64,000 nucleotides of DNA from Candidatus Thorarchaeota archaeon (lineage in GTDB: Archaea; Asgardarchaeota; Thorarchaeia; Thorarchaeales; Thorarchaeaceae), in assembly GCA_011364985.1 (NCBI GenBank), contig RDOC01000003.1, forward strand, positions 64,001-128,000, written 5' to 3'. Both the position numbers and the translations under genes were made by a program. Below are positions 47,600 through 57,969 of the stretch, in pieces (position 1 is the first letter of the stretch; the number at the start of each line of letters is the position of its first letter). The notes beneath the pieces were generated by a model. The model worked only from the letters and a program-made list of their open reading frames with translations, was not told the DNA's origin and ran no database searches.

Positions 47600-48265
47600 T
47601 TAGTAGACTTCAGGGTTCTTCCCTGCTCCGGCACGATATGCCTCTCGAAAGATATCGGTCACATTTCGACTCACTTCCCAGTACCTTTCATAGTCCTTAT
47701 CATTTAGTTGTAAGACACTCAGAATCCGTCTCAATGTTATGTACACTGTGGGGTCAAGCTCAGGAACTTCCTCAAGAACTTCTCTTGCGGCGTCACGCCC
47801 TTTCCTCCAGAGTTTGTCCCACTCAAGAAACTTGTCTATGGTAACTTTGACCTCTCCATTTTCAGGAATGGCAAACCCGAGGTTTCGCATGACACTCACA
47901 ATATCGACGATTTGCTTCAGTTCGAGGGGATCCTTATCGGGAAAGTCTGACATCTTGCTAGTCGCTATGAGCACAGTTTCTGCCGAGGCGGTATACATTT
48001 TCTTCATTATGTGTGTACCACCATTTCCAGCAGGTTCATACCCATTTTGTATAATAAGACCACTCTTCTCAAGCTCCTTCAAGTGGTATCTGATTGTCTG
48101 AGGCTTCAGCTCTGTCCCATACTCACGTTCAAAGAATTGTACAAGTTCTGTTGCTGACATGGTCCGTGCCTTGAGTGCATTCAGAATTCGCCTACGATTT
48201 TCATCATACAGCGCTCGTACAGCATCTACAGCTTGATCGCCAGTTAGTATTCTTACTGCTTCCAA
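47600..48265 (-). CDS. ArsR-like winged-helix transcription regulator
   Basis: ALYDENRRRILNAL, MSATEL, QTIRYHLKELEKSGLI. Confidence 0.8.
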   Translation of the reverse strand: MEAVRILTGDQAVDAVRALYDENRRRILNALKARTMSATELVQFFEREYGTELKPQTIRYHLKELEKSGLIIQNGYEPAGNGGTHIMKKMYTASAETVLIATSKMSDFPDKDPLELKQIVDIVSVMRNLGFAIPENGEVKVTIDKFLEWDKLWRKGRDAAREVLEEVPELDPTVYITLRRILSVLQLNDKDYERYWEVSRNVTDIFREAYRAGAGKNPEVY

Positions 48266-48386
48266 CTCAGACTACTCCTGTTACTAGTTGAAATGGGACC
48301 ATAGTGGTTTCTTTGCTCTGAATCTATAAGTGAAGTCCTGCAGAACTGTGTGTAACAGCCATAGACCCACTTAAGTATGTACTGCA

Positions 48387-48644
48387 TTATGCTGGAACGT
48401 AGATCCATTGTCTCATATCCTGAAGACATGGAACTCGCTTGATCAGCTTCTTCTTTAGCAGCTTTCTTAGAGCATATCTTACTGTCCTAGGGGCAAATGA
48501 CACCTTGTCAAGGAGCTGCTTCGGAGTCACGCCTCTTTTACCGCTAGTCCGCAGGATGTCAAGCACAATCATCTGGCTCTTAGTGAGCTTGAGATCCTTT
48601 AGCTCTTCCCGCAATTGTTCGTCTGACATCATTTTTGTCTTCAC
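48387..48644 (-). CDS. small basic winged-helix DNA-binding protein
   Basis: LTKSQ..VLDIL, RTVRYALRKL, DMRQWIY. Confidence 0.8.
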   Translation of the reverse strand: MKTKMMSDEQLREELKDLKLTKSQMIVLDILRTSGKRGVTPKQLLDKVSFAPRTVRYALRKLLKKKLIKRVPCLQDMRQWIYVPA

Positions 48645-48889
48645 CTACTTCCGTGAATTATATGATTACGCGATGGTAGTGATGCCCAACCATGCAGAAA
48701 TCAACAAGTTACTTGAGAAGAATAAGCTATATTAATCTATCGCCGTTTCTGATTACCTATCGCGGTGTACTACCGCGCAATGATTTGTGGAGGGAGCCGT
48801 CTGGCATGATTCTTGGCATGATAGGTATATCTCCTACAATAGCGGGAAACTCTTTAACACTATATGCCTACCGCCGATGATGAATTATC

Positions 48890-50167
48890 ATGAAGAAAGC
48901 TGCTCTACTTGCCGCTGGAGAATCCACACGGATGCTGCCACTATCAGCATATAGACCAAAACATCTTCTCCCAGTTGCAGGAAAACCCATGATTTTTCAT
49001 ATTCTTGAGGCTCTAAGAAACGCCGGGATAACAGAAGTTCTAATCATTCATGGATACCATGCCGAAGACCTGCAGCAAGCAGTTGATGTGGAGGAGTGGG
49101 GTACACTTACTGTGCATTATGCCTTGCAAAAAGAACGCAAGGGTACTGCACATGCCGCAGGTCATGCCAAGGAGTTTGCCGGAGATGATGATATACTCCT
49201 GATGAATGGCGATATATTGGTTGGTCCGGATGCATTCTCTGGTCTGATTCGGAGACACAGGAGTTCCAATGCTGAAGTCACCTTGTCGGTCTATCCAATA
49301 GAAAACCCTTCTGCATATGGTATCGTTGCTGTTAAAGACGGAATGGCAGTAGAGCTCATTGAAAAACCAAGCTCGGATCAACTTGTAAGCAACCTTGTCA
49401 ATGCAGGAATATACGCCGTAGGAAGAGGGCTTTTTGATGCAATCGAAGAGACAGGCCTATCGAAAAGAGGCGAGTACGAAATAACCGACTCGCTCAGGAT
49501 GCTAATTGAACAAGGAAAAGTCGCATCCTATACGATTTCATCATGGTGGACCGATATCGGAAAGCCCTGGGACCTGCTTGATGCCAACAAGATGCTGCTG
49601 GAGGGAGAAGAGAAGAGAATCTCAGGCACCGTAGAAGAAGGCGCCGTTGTCAAGGGAAATGTAGTCATTGAAGCAGGGGCAATTGTCAGAAGTGGAGCTT
49701 ATATTGAAGGCCCAGTCTTTATAGGTCATAATGCCACTATAGGGCCGAATTGCTATCTACGTCCATATAGTTGCTTGCTAGAAGGAGTAAAAGTGGGAAA
49801 TGCATGTGAAGTGAAGAACTCTATCATCATGGAGAGATCAAGTATAGGTCATCTCTCCTACGTTGGTGACTCGATTATTGGACAGGATGTGAACTTCGGA
49901 GCTGGAACCATAACGGCGAATCTGAGACATGACAATAAGGCAGTTAACGTGACTGTAAAGGGTCAAAGGGTCAGCTCCGGACACAGAAAACTTGGTGCCA
50001 TTATTGGGGACAACGTGAAGACTGGAATTGGCACTTTATTGTCCACAGGTGTGATCTTACACCAAGGAGCCAAAACGGGACCAGGCGTGATTGTAACAAA
50101 GAACATTGGCCCCAACAAACTTGTCCTTGCCAAACAGTCTCAAGAAGAGATCGATTATTCGGTCTGA
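48890..50167 (+). CDS. bifunctional sugar-1-phosphate nucleotidylyltransferase/acetyltransferase (archaeal GlmU type)
   Basis: LAAGESTRM.PL...RPK, EKP, hexapeptide repeats, HLSYVGDS, NFGAGT..ANLRHD, RKLGA. Confidence 0.9.
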   Translation: MKKAALLAAGESTRMLPLSAYRPKHLLPVAGKPMIFHILEALRNAGITEVLIIHGYHAEDLQQAVDVEEWGTLTVHYALQKERKGTAHAAGHAKEFAGDDDILLMNGDILVGPDAFSGLIRRHRSSNAEVTLSVYPIENPSAYGIVAVKDGMAVELIEKPSSDQLVSNLVNAGIYAVGRGLFDAIEETGLSKRGEYEITDSLRMLIEQGKVASYTISSWWTDIGKPWDLLDANKMLLEGEEKRISGTVEEGAVVKGNVVIEAGAIVRSGAYIEGPVFIGHNATIGPNCYLRPYSCLLEGVKVGNACEVKNSIIMERSSIGHLSYVGDSIIGQDVNFGAGTITANLRHDNKAVNVTVKGQRVSSGHRKLGAIIGDNVKTGIGTLLSTGVILHQGAKTGPGVIVTKNIGPNKLVLAKQSQEEIDYSV

Positions 50168-50225
50168 TAGGAGGATCTATTCTCTTTATAATGATGGAAA
50201 GTATATCAGGAAAGAGGAGCCAGCT

Positions 50226-51752
50226 TTGTCCCAGTCCTTTCTGAGGGAATACAATACCATTGTCAAGGATCCAAGGTTAGTTGACATTCTGGTTGGATAC
50301 TGCTATCCATCCACTTATAGGGCTGGCATGACCAGTTTAGCAACTCATCTTTTTTATCGGATTCTGAATTCGAGAGAAGATGTATCCTGTGAAAGATACT
50401 TCAGATTTGACACGAAATCCCCAATTCATTCTATTGAAACCTCTAGACACCTGAAAGAAAATCATCTTGTTACATTCTCATTAACATGGGAAGAGGATAT
50501 CGTGCATCTTATTCAAATGCTTGAGAAAAGTGCCATTGATCCATCTGCAAATAAGAGGAGAGACCAAGACCCAATAGTCGTAGTGGGTGGACCAGTCCCA
50601 AGTGCAAATCCCGAACCCTTCGTAGACTTTGTGGATGCTTTTGTTATAGGTGAAGGAGACCTTGTCATCAATCATATCATTGACGTGATGAAAGAGTCTT
50701 CAACTCGGGCTCATGCTCTTGAATTGCTTTCAGGTATACCAGGAGTTTATGTCCCCTCAGCAAATCCAACCTCCATAAAACACCTAATCATAGACAGAAT
50801 CGACGATCTGCTGTATCCGGTAGCGCAGATTATTCCAGATGTTCCCGAAGGCTCTAAGCTGGAACCTGTCTTTGGAAAATCATTCTTGCTGGAAGTGACA
50901 AGGGGATGTGGCCATTCGTGCCGATTCTGTTTGGTAGGGCACATTTGCAGACCAAGAAGAGCAAGGACATTCTCCCGACTGATGCAAATAGTGGAAGAGG
51001 GGATTGAGAATACGCCTGTCGACAAAGTGTCTTTGATAGGGTCGTCTCTAGGAGATATAGATCAGATTGCAGAGCTATCATCATGGATTGTGAATAAGAA
51101 TCTAGAACTTTCGGCTCCATCCCTAAGGGCTGACACTGTGACCTTCGAGCTTCTTAGCACACTCGTTAAGGGTGGACAGAGAACACTGACTATTGCTCCT
51201 GAAACGGGCTCTGAACGACTTCGGAAGATTGTAGGAAAAGGACTCTCGGATGCGGAAATTGAGCATGCAGTCATGCTGGCATCGGAAACAGGGTATAAAT
51301 CGGTCAAGCTCTATTTCATTATTGGGCTTCCAGAGGAGAGTCAGGACGATATCATTGCAATAGCTGACATGACCAAACGTTTGGCAAGGAAGTCCGGTTT
51401 GAGAATAACCGCGAGTATTAGTCCCTTTGTCCCCAAAGCGCGGACAAGATGGGAACGTGAAGTGCAACAATCAGTAGAAGTGCTGCGCAAGAAAGCTGGA
51501 ATCATTGAGAAGGAGCTTCGAAATCATCCTAATGCAGTAATGGAAAGCTCGGATCCAAGAAATGCAAGGATTCAGGCTGCCCTTTCAATTGGGGCTAGAG
51601 ATCTAGGTCGTGTTATTGTTTTAGCCGCCAAATATGGAGGACTCGGTGGCTGGCGACGAGCAGAAAAGGAGACAAAGGTAGCATTCTTTTCAATTGCAAA
51701 TGATCCAAATCGAAAAGATGATGCCCTGCCTTGGTCATTTATTACTCACTAG
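50226..51752 (+). CDS. B12-binding-like radical SAM protein
   Basis: YPSTYRAGMTSL, GGP....NPEP, IGEG, EVTRGCGHSCRFC, PSLRAD, APETGSERLR; TTG 50226 follows a GAGGAG SD. Confidence 0.85.
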   Translation: MSQSFLREYNTIVKDPRLVDILVGYCYPSTYRAGMTSLATHLFYRILNSREDVSCERYFRFDTKSPIHSIETSRHLKENHLVTFSLTWEEDIVHLIQMLEKSAIDPSANKRRDQDPIVVVGGPVPSANPEPFVDFVDAFVIGEGDLVINHIIDVMKESSTRAHALELLSGIPGVYVPSANPTSIKHLIIDRIDDLLYPVAQIIPDVPEGSKLEPVFGKSFLLEVTRGCGHSCRFCLVGHICRPRRARTFSRLMQIVEEGIENTPVDKVSLIGSSLGDIDQIAELSSWIVNKNLELSAPSLRADTVTFELLSTLVKGGQRTLTIAPETGSERLRKIVGKGLSDAEIEHAVMLASETGYKSVKLYFIIGLPEESQDDIIAIADMTKRLARKSGLRITASISPFVPKARTRWEREVQQSVEVLRKKAGIIEKELRNHPNAVMESSDPRNARIQAALSIGARDLGRVIVLAAKYGGLGGWRRAEKETKVAFFSIANDPNRKDDALPWSFITH

Positions 51753-51854
51753 CCAGAAAAGGTCATCTTGACTAAGGTTATAAGAGAGATAAACGAGAAT
51801 AGCATGCAAATTGCCCCCAGACTGGTCATGGTGTAATTGAACTGGTGGTATCTC

Positions 51855-52196
51855 ATGACTGATGATGATTTCGAAAAAGAATTCCCAGCACTCGCAGAAG
51901 AAATGGCAAGGGGAACCACCAGAACCCACAGAATCGATGGTGTTCGCACAATGTCCGATGAAGCAGATCAGCCTGACGACAAAGAAACTTTCATGCCAAA
52001 TATTATAGATTACATTCGACGTTGTGATACAGTCAACCAAGCACTTGAGATTGTGGAATATATGCTGAAACGAGAAGAAATCAGCAGCATGAAGGCCAAA
52101 GAGATTAAGGCGCAGCTGAAGCGGGACGGTTTGAGAAGCTTTGGAACCAAGAAGGAGAAAGGGCATTACCTCCATCATGGGTTAGAAGAAGAATAG
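51855..52196 (+). CDS. DUF2095-like protein
   Basis: F.KEFPALAEE, PNIIDYIRRCDT..QALEI..Y..KR.EI, GLRSFG.KK..G.Y. Confidence 0.8.
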   Translation: MTDDDFEKEFPALAEEMARGTTRTHRIDGVRTMSDEADQPDDKETFMPNIIDYIRRCDTVNQALEIVEYMLKREEISSMKAKEIKAQLKRDGLRSFGTKKEKGHYLHHGLEEE

Positions 52197-52285
52197 GTTG
52201 ACCCCAAGACAACCTGCAGCACTTCAACCAGTGCTCAGTTCTTTTGATACATCTTCAATCCACTTCTTACGATGAAAGGCCTTTG

Positions 52286-52390
52286 CTAAATCTTCGGACT
52301 GGGAGGCGAAATGAAGTCTTTACAACAGGAAGTATCCGTTCTGGCTGTGCGCTTCTTTTTTCCACAGCTAGTAAGAACTGATATCTTCAT
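52286..52390 (-). pseudogene. possible gene relic
   Basis: MKISVLTSCGKKK start resembles the N-terminal SC..KK motif of YaaA/DUF6884-like proteins but stops after 34 codons. Confidence 0.25.
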
Positions 52391-52440
52391 CAACAATCAT
52401 AGAGAAAAACAGCTAATCTCAGTGTTCTCTCATTCAAGAC

Positions 52441-53853
52441 CTACATGAACATGTATATTCCGCGTTCCTTCGCCCAAGAAATGGTTGAGGGGTCACATCT
52501 TTTCAGTTCACGCTCTGGAAACTCGCTAAGTAGATTCCATCCAAGGTCAAGGGTCTGCTCAAAGGAGCGATCTTCGTGTTCACCTTGACCGATAAATTCC
52601 TGTTCGAATCTATCAGCAAACTTCAGATATTTCTGATCGCGGTCCGTCAGAGCTTCGGATCCTACAACAGCAACTAGGTCCCTAAGATCAATACCTTCGG
52701 AATAGGCATAGTAGAGCTGGGCCTGAACTTCTTTGTGATCAAAGCGGGTCATTCCCTCACCGATTCCTTCTTTCATGAGCCTGCTTAGCGATGGACCAGG
52801 ATCAATAGGAGGAAAAATTCCTCGTCTATGAAGTCCTCTACTTAATGGTAGCTGACCTTCGGTTATGTACCCTGTTAGATCCGGGATTGGATGAGTCATA
52901 TCATCTTGGGGCATAGATAGGATGGGCATCTGGGTAATTGTGCCTTTACGGCCGTTGATTCGTCCAGCCCGTTCGTAGATGAGGCTGAGATCAGTGTAGA
53001 GATAGCCGGGGTAACCACGTCGACCAGGCACTTCCGACCTGGCTGCGCTAATCTCTCTTAATGCCTCTGCGTAGTTGGTCATATCAGTCAAGACAACCAA
53101 GACATGCATATCAGCTTGGTAGGCAAGATACTCCGCGGTTGTGAGAGCCGCCCGGGGGGTAATTATTCGCTCTATGGCAGGGTCATTGGCAAGATTAAGG
53201 AAAAGGGTGGTATGTTCCAAAGCCCCAGTTTCCTCAAATGACTTCATGAAATACTGTGCTTCGGTGGCAGTTATTCCCATGGCAGCGAATACAATAGCAA
53301 ATTCACCCTCTTCCCCGGGAATCTTTGCTTGCCTAACAATCTGTGCAGCTATCCTATTGTGAGGCAAGCCGGATCCAGAGAAAATGGGCAACTTCTGTCC
53401 TCGGACAAGAGTGTTGAGTCCATCAATAACGGAAAGACCTGTTTGAATAGGTTGCCTTGGATATTGGCGAGCGTATGGGTTTATTGGTGACCCGTAGATG
53501 TCCCAATGGTCTTCAGCGGTGAGTTTTGGGCCCTTATCCAATGGATCGCCCGATCCATCCAGAACCCGTCCGAGAATCTCAGTAGAAACTGGAAGCTTAA
53601 GAGTTTCACCAGTGAATCTTACCGCGGTGACATCAGTATCAAGACCGCTTGTGCCCTCAAAGACTTGAATCACTGCGCGTCCGTGCCCTGTTTCAAGAAC
53701 GGTACCAGTAAGCAGTTCGCCATTTGGAGCACGGATTTTAACAACTTCATTGAACGTCACGTTGTGTGTGTTCTCTACCACAAGCAGTGGTCCACTGACG
53801 TCTGAAACAGTTCTATAAGAGATTGAAGACTCGCTGGACATATCAGAATCCAC
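52441..53853 (-). CDS. atpB: A/V-type ATP synthase subunit B
   Basis: [60 protein letters not shown]. Confidence 0.97.
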   Translation of the reverse strand: MDSDMSSESSISYRTVSDVSGPLLVVENTHNVTFNEVVKIRAPNGELLTGTVLETGHGRAVIQVFEGTSGLDTDVTAVRFTGETLKLPVSTEILGRVLDGSGDPLDKGPKLTAEDHWDIYGSPINPYARQYPRQPIQTGLSVIDGLNTLVRGQKLPIFSGSGLPHNRIAAQIVRQAKIPGEEGEFAIVFAAMGITATEAQYFMKSFEETGALEHTTLFLNLANDPAIERIITPRAALTTAEYLAYQADMHVLVVLTDMTNYAEALREISAARSEVPGRRGYPGYLYTDLSLIYERAGRINGRKGTITQMPILSMPQDDMTHPIPDLTGYITEGQLPLSRGLHRRGIFPPIDPGPSLSRLMKEGIGEGMTRFDHKEVQAQLYYAYSEGIDLRDLVAVVGSEALTDRDQKYLKFADRFEQEFIGQGEHEDRSFEQTLDLGWNLLSEFPERELKRCDPSTISWAKERGIYMFM

Positions 53854-53928
53854 CTCAGACGCTCTAATCAGTGGTATTCGGCTCGTATTGGTCCTTTTGT
53901 TTTAAGAGTTGTCGTGTGTATCCATGAA

Positions 53929-54447
53929 TCATATCCATGGGGCGATATGGAAAAAGGCTAGCACTGGCGCAAACATCAGAGCTCGTATGATAAGTGAATG
54001 ACCCCTAGACTTAAGGTCGTTGGACAAGGGTGTGAAATATAGAATTGCTCCAGCAAGGAAACATATAGCAGCGATCATATCCCCAATTAGCACAGTAATT
54101 CCAATGACTTCAGTATCAGTCATGCCGATGAAAGACAGCCAAGTACTTGTTGCACTTTCAATAGTGACCGTTTCCAGTCCAACTATCGATGCGAATAAAT
54201 CAAGTATGATTGGTCCGATAATATAGATCACCACGCCCATTGCTATCAGAGTTTTGCCTAATCCATCGCTTGCCCCAGTCACATAAACTATGAAACCTAC
54301 TAGGACAATAATCAAGTATCCACGTATGATGAACGCAAGCATGATATTGAGAGCCATTTCTAACAGATCAACAAATGGAGCAGGAAATGTCGGATCGAAG
54401 ACGATCTGCAAAACGGTTAGTAAAAGAACAGGATTGAACGGCTTCAC
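53929..54447 (-). CDS. membrane protein made of two VirB2/CedA1-like hairpin units
   Basis: two repeats (VLVGFIVYVTG..DGLGKTLI; FLAGAILYFTP..DLKSRGHSLI), each similar to 8009-8278. Confidence 0.6.
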   Translation of the reverse strand: MKPFNPVLLLTVLQIVFDPTFPAPFVDLLEMALNIMLAFIIRGYLIIVLVGFIVYVTGASDGLGKTLIAMGVVIYIIGPIILDLFASIVGLETVTIESATSTWLSFIGMTDTEVIGITVLIGDMIAAICFLAGAILYFTPLSNDLKSRGHSLIIRALMFAPVLAFFHIAPWI

Positions 54448-54482
54448 ATTAAGCTGTCATAGCAAGGGCATTTAATCTCCAC

Positions 54483-55034
54483 TCAACTCAATTCTGCTCG
54501 TAGTTTCTCAAAGTCCGCTAGAATAACTTCCCTAGTTGAAGGAAATCTGAGAGCTGCAGCAGGGTGATATGTGATAAAGAACGTTCTTTCGTTTCCGTCA
54601 TAGAAGCGGCCATGAGCATCAGCCATTTTCCAAGGTCCAATCAGAGAAGAGACTGCAACTCCACCCAATAGCACAACCAGTTCAGGATCGATTATCTCCA
54701 ATTGTCTATCCAAATAGGGGAGACAAGCATCTATTTCGCTCTTTTTGGGAGTCCGATTGTTGGGAGGCCTTGATTTCAGAACGGATGTTATGAAGACCTC
54801 TTTTCTCGTAAGGCCAATTCCTTCTATCAGCTCGGTGAGAAGCTCACCTGAACGACCCACAAAAGGACGACCTAGCTTGTCTTCTTGTGCACCAGGGGCC
54901 TCTCCAACGAACATGATTTTTGCATCGACAGCCCCTTCGCCCGGTACTGCATTTGTACGAGTGGCATGAAGAGGGCATTCAGTGCAGTGAGCAATCATGG
55001 CATGCAGGTTTTCGAGTTCTTCAGTTGGTGTCAT
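54483..55034 (-). CDS. uracil-DNA glycosylase family 4
   Basis: [36 protein letters not shown]. Confidence 0.93.
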   Translation of the reverse strand: MTPTEELENLHAMIAHCTECPLHATRTNAVPGEGAVDAKIMFVGEAPGAQEDKLGRPFVGRSGELLTELIEGIGLTRKEVFITSVLKSRPPNNRTPKKSEIDACLPYLDRQLEIIDPELVVLLGGVAVSSLIGPWKMADAHGRFYDGNERTFFITYHPAAALRFPSTREVILADFEKLRAELS

Positions 55035-55084
55035 TTCCAGAATATGTATGCATTCAGCATCAATAAACTCAGCTGTTCGACAGG

Positions 55085-56893
55085 TTATTGTAATGCATCT
55101 GGTCGAATAATACCAGACTCTGACAATTCTTGGAAAAGCGATTGGAACTCTAGTTCCATCTTTCGCTCAATAGCATCCATGGTCTTCTCATACCCATCCC
55201 ACGGTGCGATTTTCATTCGTGCAATGTTATCGAGGACACTGAACTCAAGAATTCGTCTAACCTGAGCGCCAATACTTACTGCCTCAGCCATCTTTTGGGC
55301 AAACCTGATTATGATACGCAGCATTCTGTAGGTTTTCTCTATGGGGCTGTATGTGTCAATTTCATGGATAGCACTTTGAGTAAGAAAATCCTCTTTGATC
55401 ATTCGAGCTGCTTCTAGCGTAGCACGTTCGGATTCCGGCAGAGCATCAGGACCGACAAGTTGCACAATCTCTCTAAGTTCCTGATCCTTCTGAAGGAGAG
55501 CCATGGCTTCGCGCACCAAGTCCGGCCAATCCGGTCCAAGATGTTTCTTATGCCACTCTTCCAGAGTTTCATGATAGAGAGAATAACTTGTCAGCGTATT
55601 AATGGCAGGAAAGAATCTTCTCGCTGCCAAGTCCTTGTCCAGAGCCCAGAACACCTTGACAATACGTAGAGTGGCTTGTGTTACTGGTTCGGAAAAGTCA
55701 CCACCTGGTGGTGAAACGGCACCGCAAATAGTTACTGAGCCCAACAGATCATTTGAGCCAAGTGTCTTTACGCGCCCTCCTCTCTCGTAGAACTGTGCGA
55801 GTCGAGAGCCCAGATATGCGGGATACCCCTCTTCCGAAGGAAGTTGTCCCAATCGACCAGAAATCTCTCTCAGAGCCTCCGCCCATCTTGAGGTAGAGTC
55901 CGCCATTAGTGCGACATCAAGGCCTTGGTCTCGAAAATACTCGGCGATAGTGACTGCGACATAAATGGATGCTTCTCTGGCAGCAACAGGCATATTTGAT
56001 GTATTCGCAATTAGTACTGTCCGTTCCATAAGAGGCCTACCTGTCTTAGGGTCCTTGAGATGTGGCCATTCCTCAAGAGCTTCAGTCATCTCATTACCTC
56101 TTTCTCCACAACCAACATAGATCACTACTTGAGCATCAGCCCACTTGGCAAATTGATGCAATGTGACTGTCTTGCCGGTTCCAAAGCCCCCCGGTATGGC
56201 ACCAGTGCCACCTTTTGCTTGAGGCATAAAGGTGTCGATGACACGTTGTCCAGTGAGTAGGGGCGTATCCATTGGTGCGCGTTCCTTGAAGGACCGCCCT
56301 ATCCGCACAGGAGTCTTTTGTAGCATTCTCACATCGTGAATGTCCCCAAGACTATCTTTCACCCTGCAGATGGTTTCGACTATCGTATATTCTCCAGATG
56401 GGACAATCTCTACAATCTCACCTTCCACACCATGAGGAATGAGAATACGAGAAGTGATTATGCTAGTTTCAGGAACCTCACCAATGATATCACCTGGTTT
56501 GACCTTTGTGCCAGCTTTCACGATAGGATTCAATTTCCATTTTTTCTCTTTGTCAAGACCCTCTACTGCTAGACCTCTTGATATGAAATCACCTGAAATG
56601 TTTCTTAGTTCAGGAAGAGGTCTTTGAATGCCATCATAAATAGAGCCCAGGAGACCAGGGCCTAGCTCAACTGACAAAGAATCACCTGTAGCAGCTACTG
56701 GCTCCCCAGGAGCCAGACCAGATGTCTCTTCGTAGCATTGAACTGTGCAGGTATCTTCAGCGACTTCAATGACTTCTCCAATAAGCTGCTGCCGACCAAC
56801 GCGGACTACTTCATACATACGTACGGATGGAAGTCCTTCACATCTTACAACAGGTCCAGCAATGCTCTGAATTCTACCTGTGTCCTTATTCAT
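55085..56893 (-). CDS. atpA: A/V-type ATP synthase subunit A (no intein)
   Basis: GGFGTGKT P-loop, GCGERGNE, ANTSNMPVAARE, DSTSRWAEALRE, SPPGGDFSEPVTQ. Confidence 0.97.
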   Translation of the reverse strand: MNKDTGRIQSIAGPVVRCEGLPSVRMYEVVRVGRQQLIGEVIEVAEDTCTVQCYEETSGLAPGEPVAATGDSLSVELGPGLLGSIYDGIQRPLPELRNISGDFISRGLAVEGLDKEKKWKLNPIVKAGTKVKPGDIIGEVPETSIITSRILIPHGVEGEIVEIVPSGEYTIVETICRVKDSLGDIHDVRMLQKTPVRIGRSFKERAPMDTPLLTGQRVIDTFMPQAKGGTGAIPGGFGTGKTVTLHQFAKWADAQVVIYVGCGERGNEMTEALEEWPHLKDPKTGRPLMERTVLIANTSNMPVAAREASIYVAVTIAEYFRDQGLDVALMADSTSRWAEALREISGRLGQLPSEEGYPAYLGSRLAQFYERGGRVKTLGSNDLLGSVTICGAVSPPGGDFSEPVTQATLRIVKVFWALDKDLAARRFFPAINTLTSYSLYHETLEEWHKKHLGPDWPDLVREAMALLQKDQELREIVQLVGPDALPESERATLEAARMIKEDFLTQSAIHEIDTYSPIEKTYRMLRIIIRFAQKMAEAVSIGAQVRRILEFSVLDNIARMKIAPWDGYEKTMDAIERKMELEFQSLFQELSESGIIRPDALQ

Positions 56894-56920
56894 GATTGTC
56901 TTGCTCCACGATTGGATGAA

Positions 56921-57244
56921 TTAGATATTGATTTCTATGCCTACGGCCCTTCGAATCAATTCTTTCAATACAGTCTCGTAAGTCCCTCTCGAACCGGTCC
57001 TGTCCGGGATTAGCAAAATAACGGGGACCGGAGCTGCGGATAGCTCAATTATGGTATCCTCAACAGGTTTTGCCAAGAATTCTGTTATGATTATGAGCCC
57101 GGTTGTTGGGTCGCGAAAATGTCTAACAAGCATTTCACGAGTTTCGTCGGGGGATTTGCAGATATATGCGTCCTTTGCACCTGCCATCTGAAAGCCAGTT
57201 ACTGTGTCGTTGTCCCCAATTACAACAATTTTGTTACTGACCAT
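56921..57244 (-). CDS. atpF: A/V-type ATP synthase subunit F
   Basis: KIVVIGDNDTVTGFQMAG, IP, LIRRAVG; ATG 57244 follows AAGGAG. Confidence 0.92.
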   Translation of the reverse strand: MVSNKIVVIGDNDTVTGFQMAGAKDAYICKSPDETREMLVRHFRDPTTGLIIITEFLAKPVEDTIIELSAAPVPVILLIPDRTGSRGTYETVLKELIRRAVGIEINI

Positions 57245-57351
57245 ATTAGCATCTCCTTGGGTCGACACCCCGTCCGATTCATCTCGTTGCGGTGGTGCTT
57301 AAGATGTGTGCTAAATAAGGTTTGCATCCAGTCTTGAATCATACTGGACTG

Positions 57352-57852
57352 TCAACGCGATTCAGTGAATTGAGCAATGATTTCATCATCTCCGATTATT
57401 GTCCAGCAGTAGTGGCATTTCAGTGAAACTGGTTCCTTTGTAGTCACCTTATACTTGGGGGTAATGGGCTCGCGCTCCTTGTTTGTGACGCATCGCTGGT
57501 TGGGGCATGTTATAACATCAACGATAGTTTCCGGAAGCTGCACATGATTCTTTTTCGTAACCTTGCCATCCTCGATTAGATTGATGGTTGCTTCAGGAGC
57601 AACAAGCGCAATTCTGGCAACTTCTCGCTCCTCAAGAAGACGCTTCTCAAGCTTGACAATGTCCTTCCGCCCAATCTTTGAACTAGTGATATTCATTGCA
57701 ATTGTGATTACGCTTCCTTCTCTACCAGTAATGCCAAGTATCTTGAGAACATCAAGCGCATGGCCAGCCCTTATGTGGTCAATAACTGTTCCTGCATCGA
57801 TCTTGACGACTCTGATTCCTTCAACCTTCTGTCGCTCATCCATTGATATCAT
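57352..57852 (-). CDS. pyrI: aspartate carbamoyltransferase regulatory chain
   Basis: GTVIDHI.AG, KDIVK, APEATIN, CPNQRC...CHYC. Confidence 0.94.
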   Translation of the reverse strand: MISMDERQKVEGIRVVKIDAGTVIDHIRAGHALDVLKILGITGREGSVITIAMNITSSKIGRKDIVKLEKRLLEEREVARIALVAPEATINLIEDGKVTKKNHVQLPETIVDVITCPNQRCVTNKEREPITPKYKVTTKEPVSLKCHYCWTIIGDDEIIAQFTESR

Positions 57853-57969
57853 CTGGGTGACAGGCAAGATGAAAATCAGTTTTATCCCTTGTGTCAAGTA
57901 TCTTGGAACTCCTTCGAAGCGAAGCTTGATATGGAGAACCATCCTGAAGCTTCCAAGTCAACATGGTGA

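Noticed and set aside
53929-54447. ATP synthase proteolipid (subunit c/K) call based on position
   Set aside because: No GxGxG-type motif or conserved ion-binding Glu context
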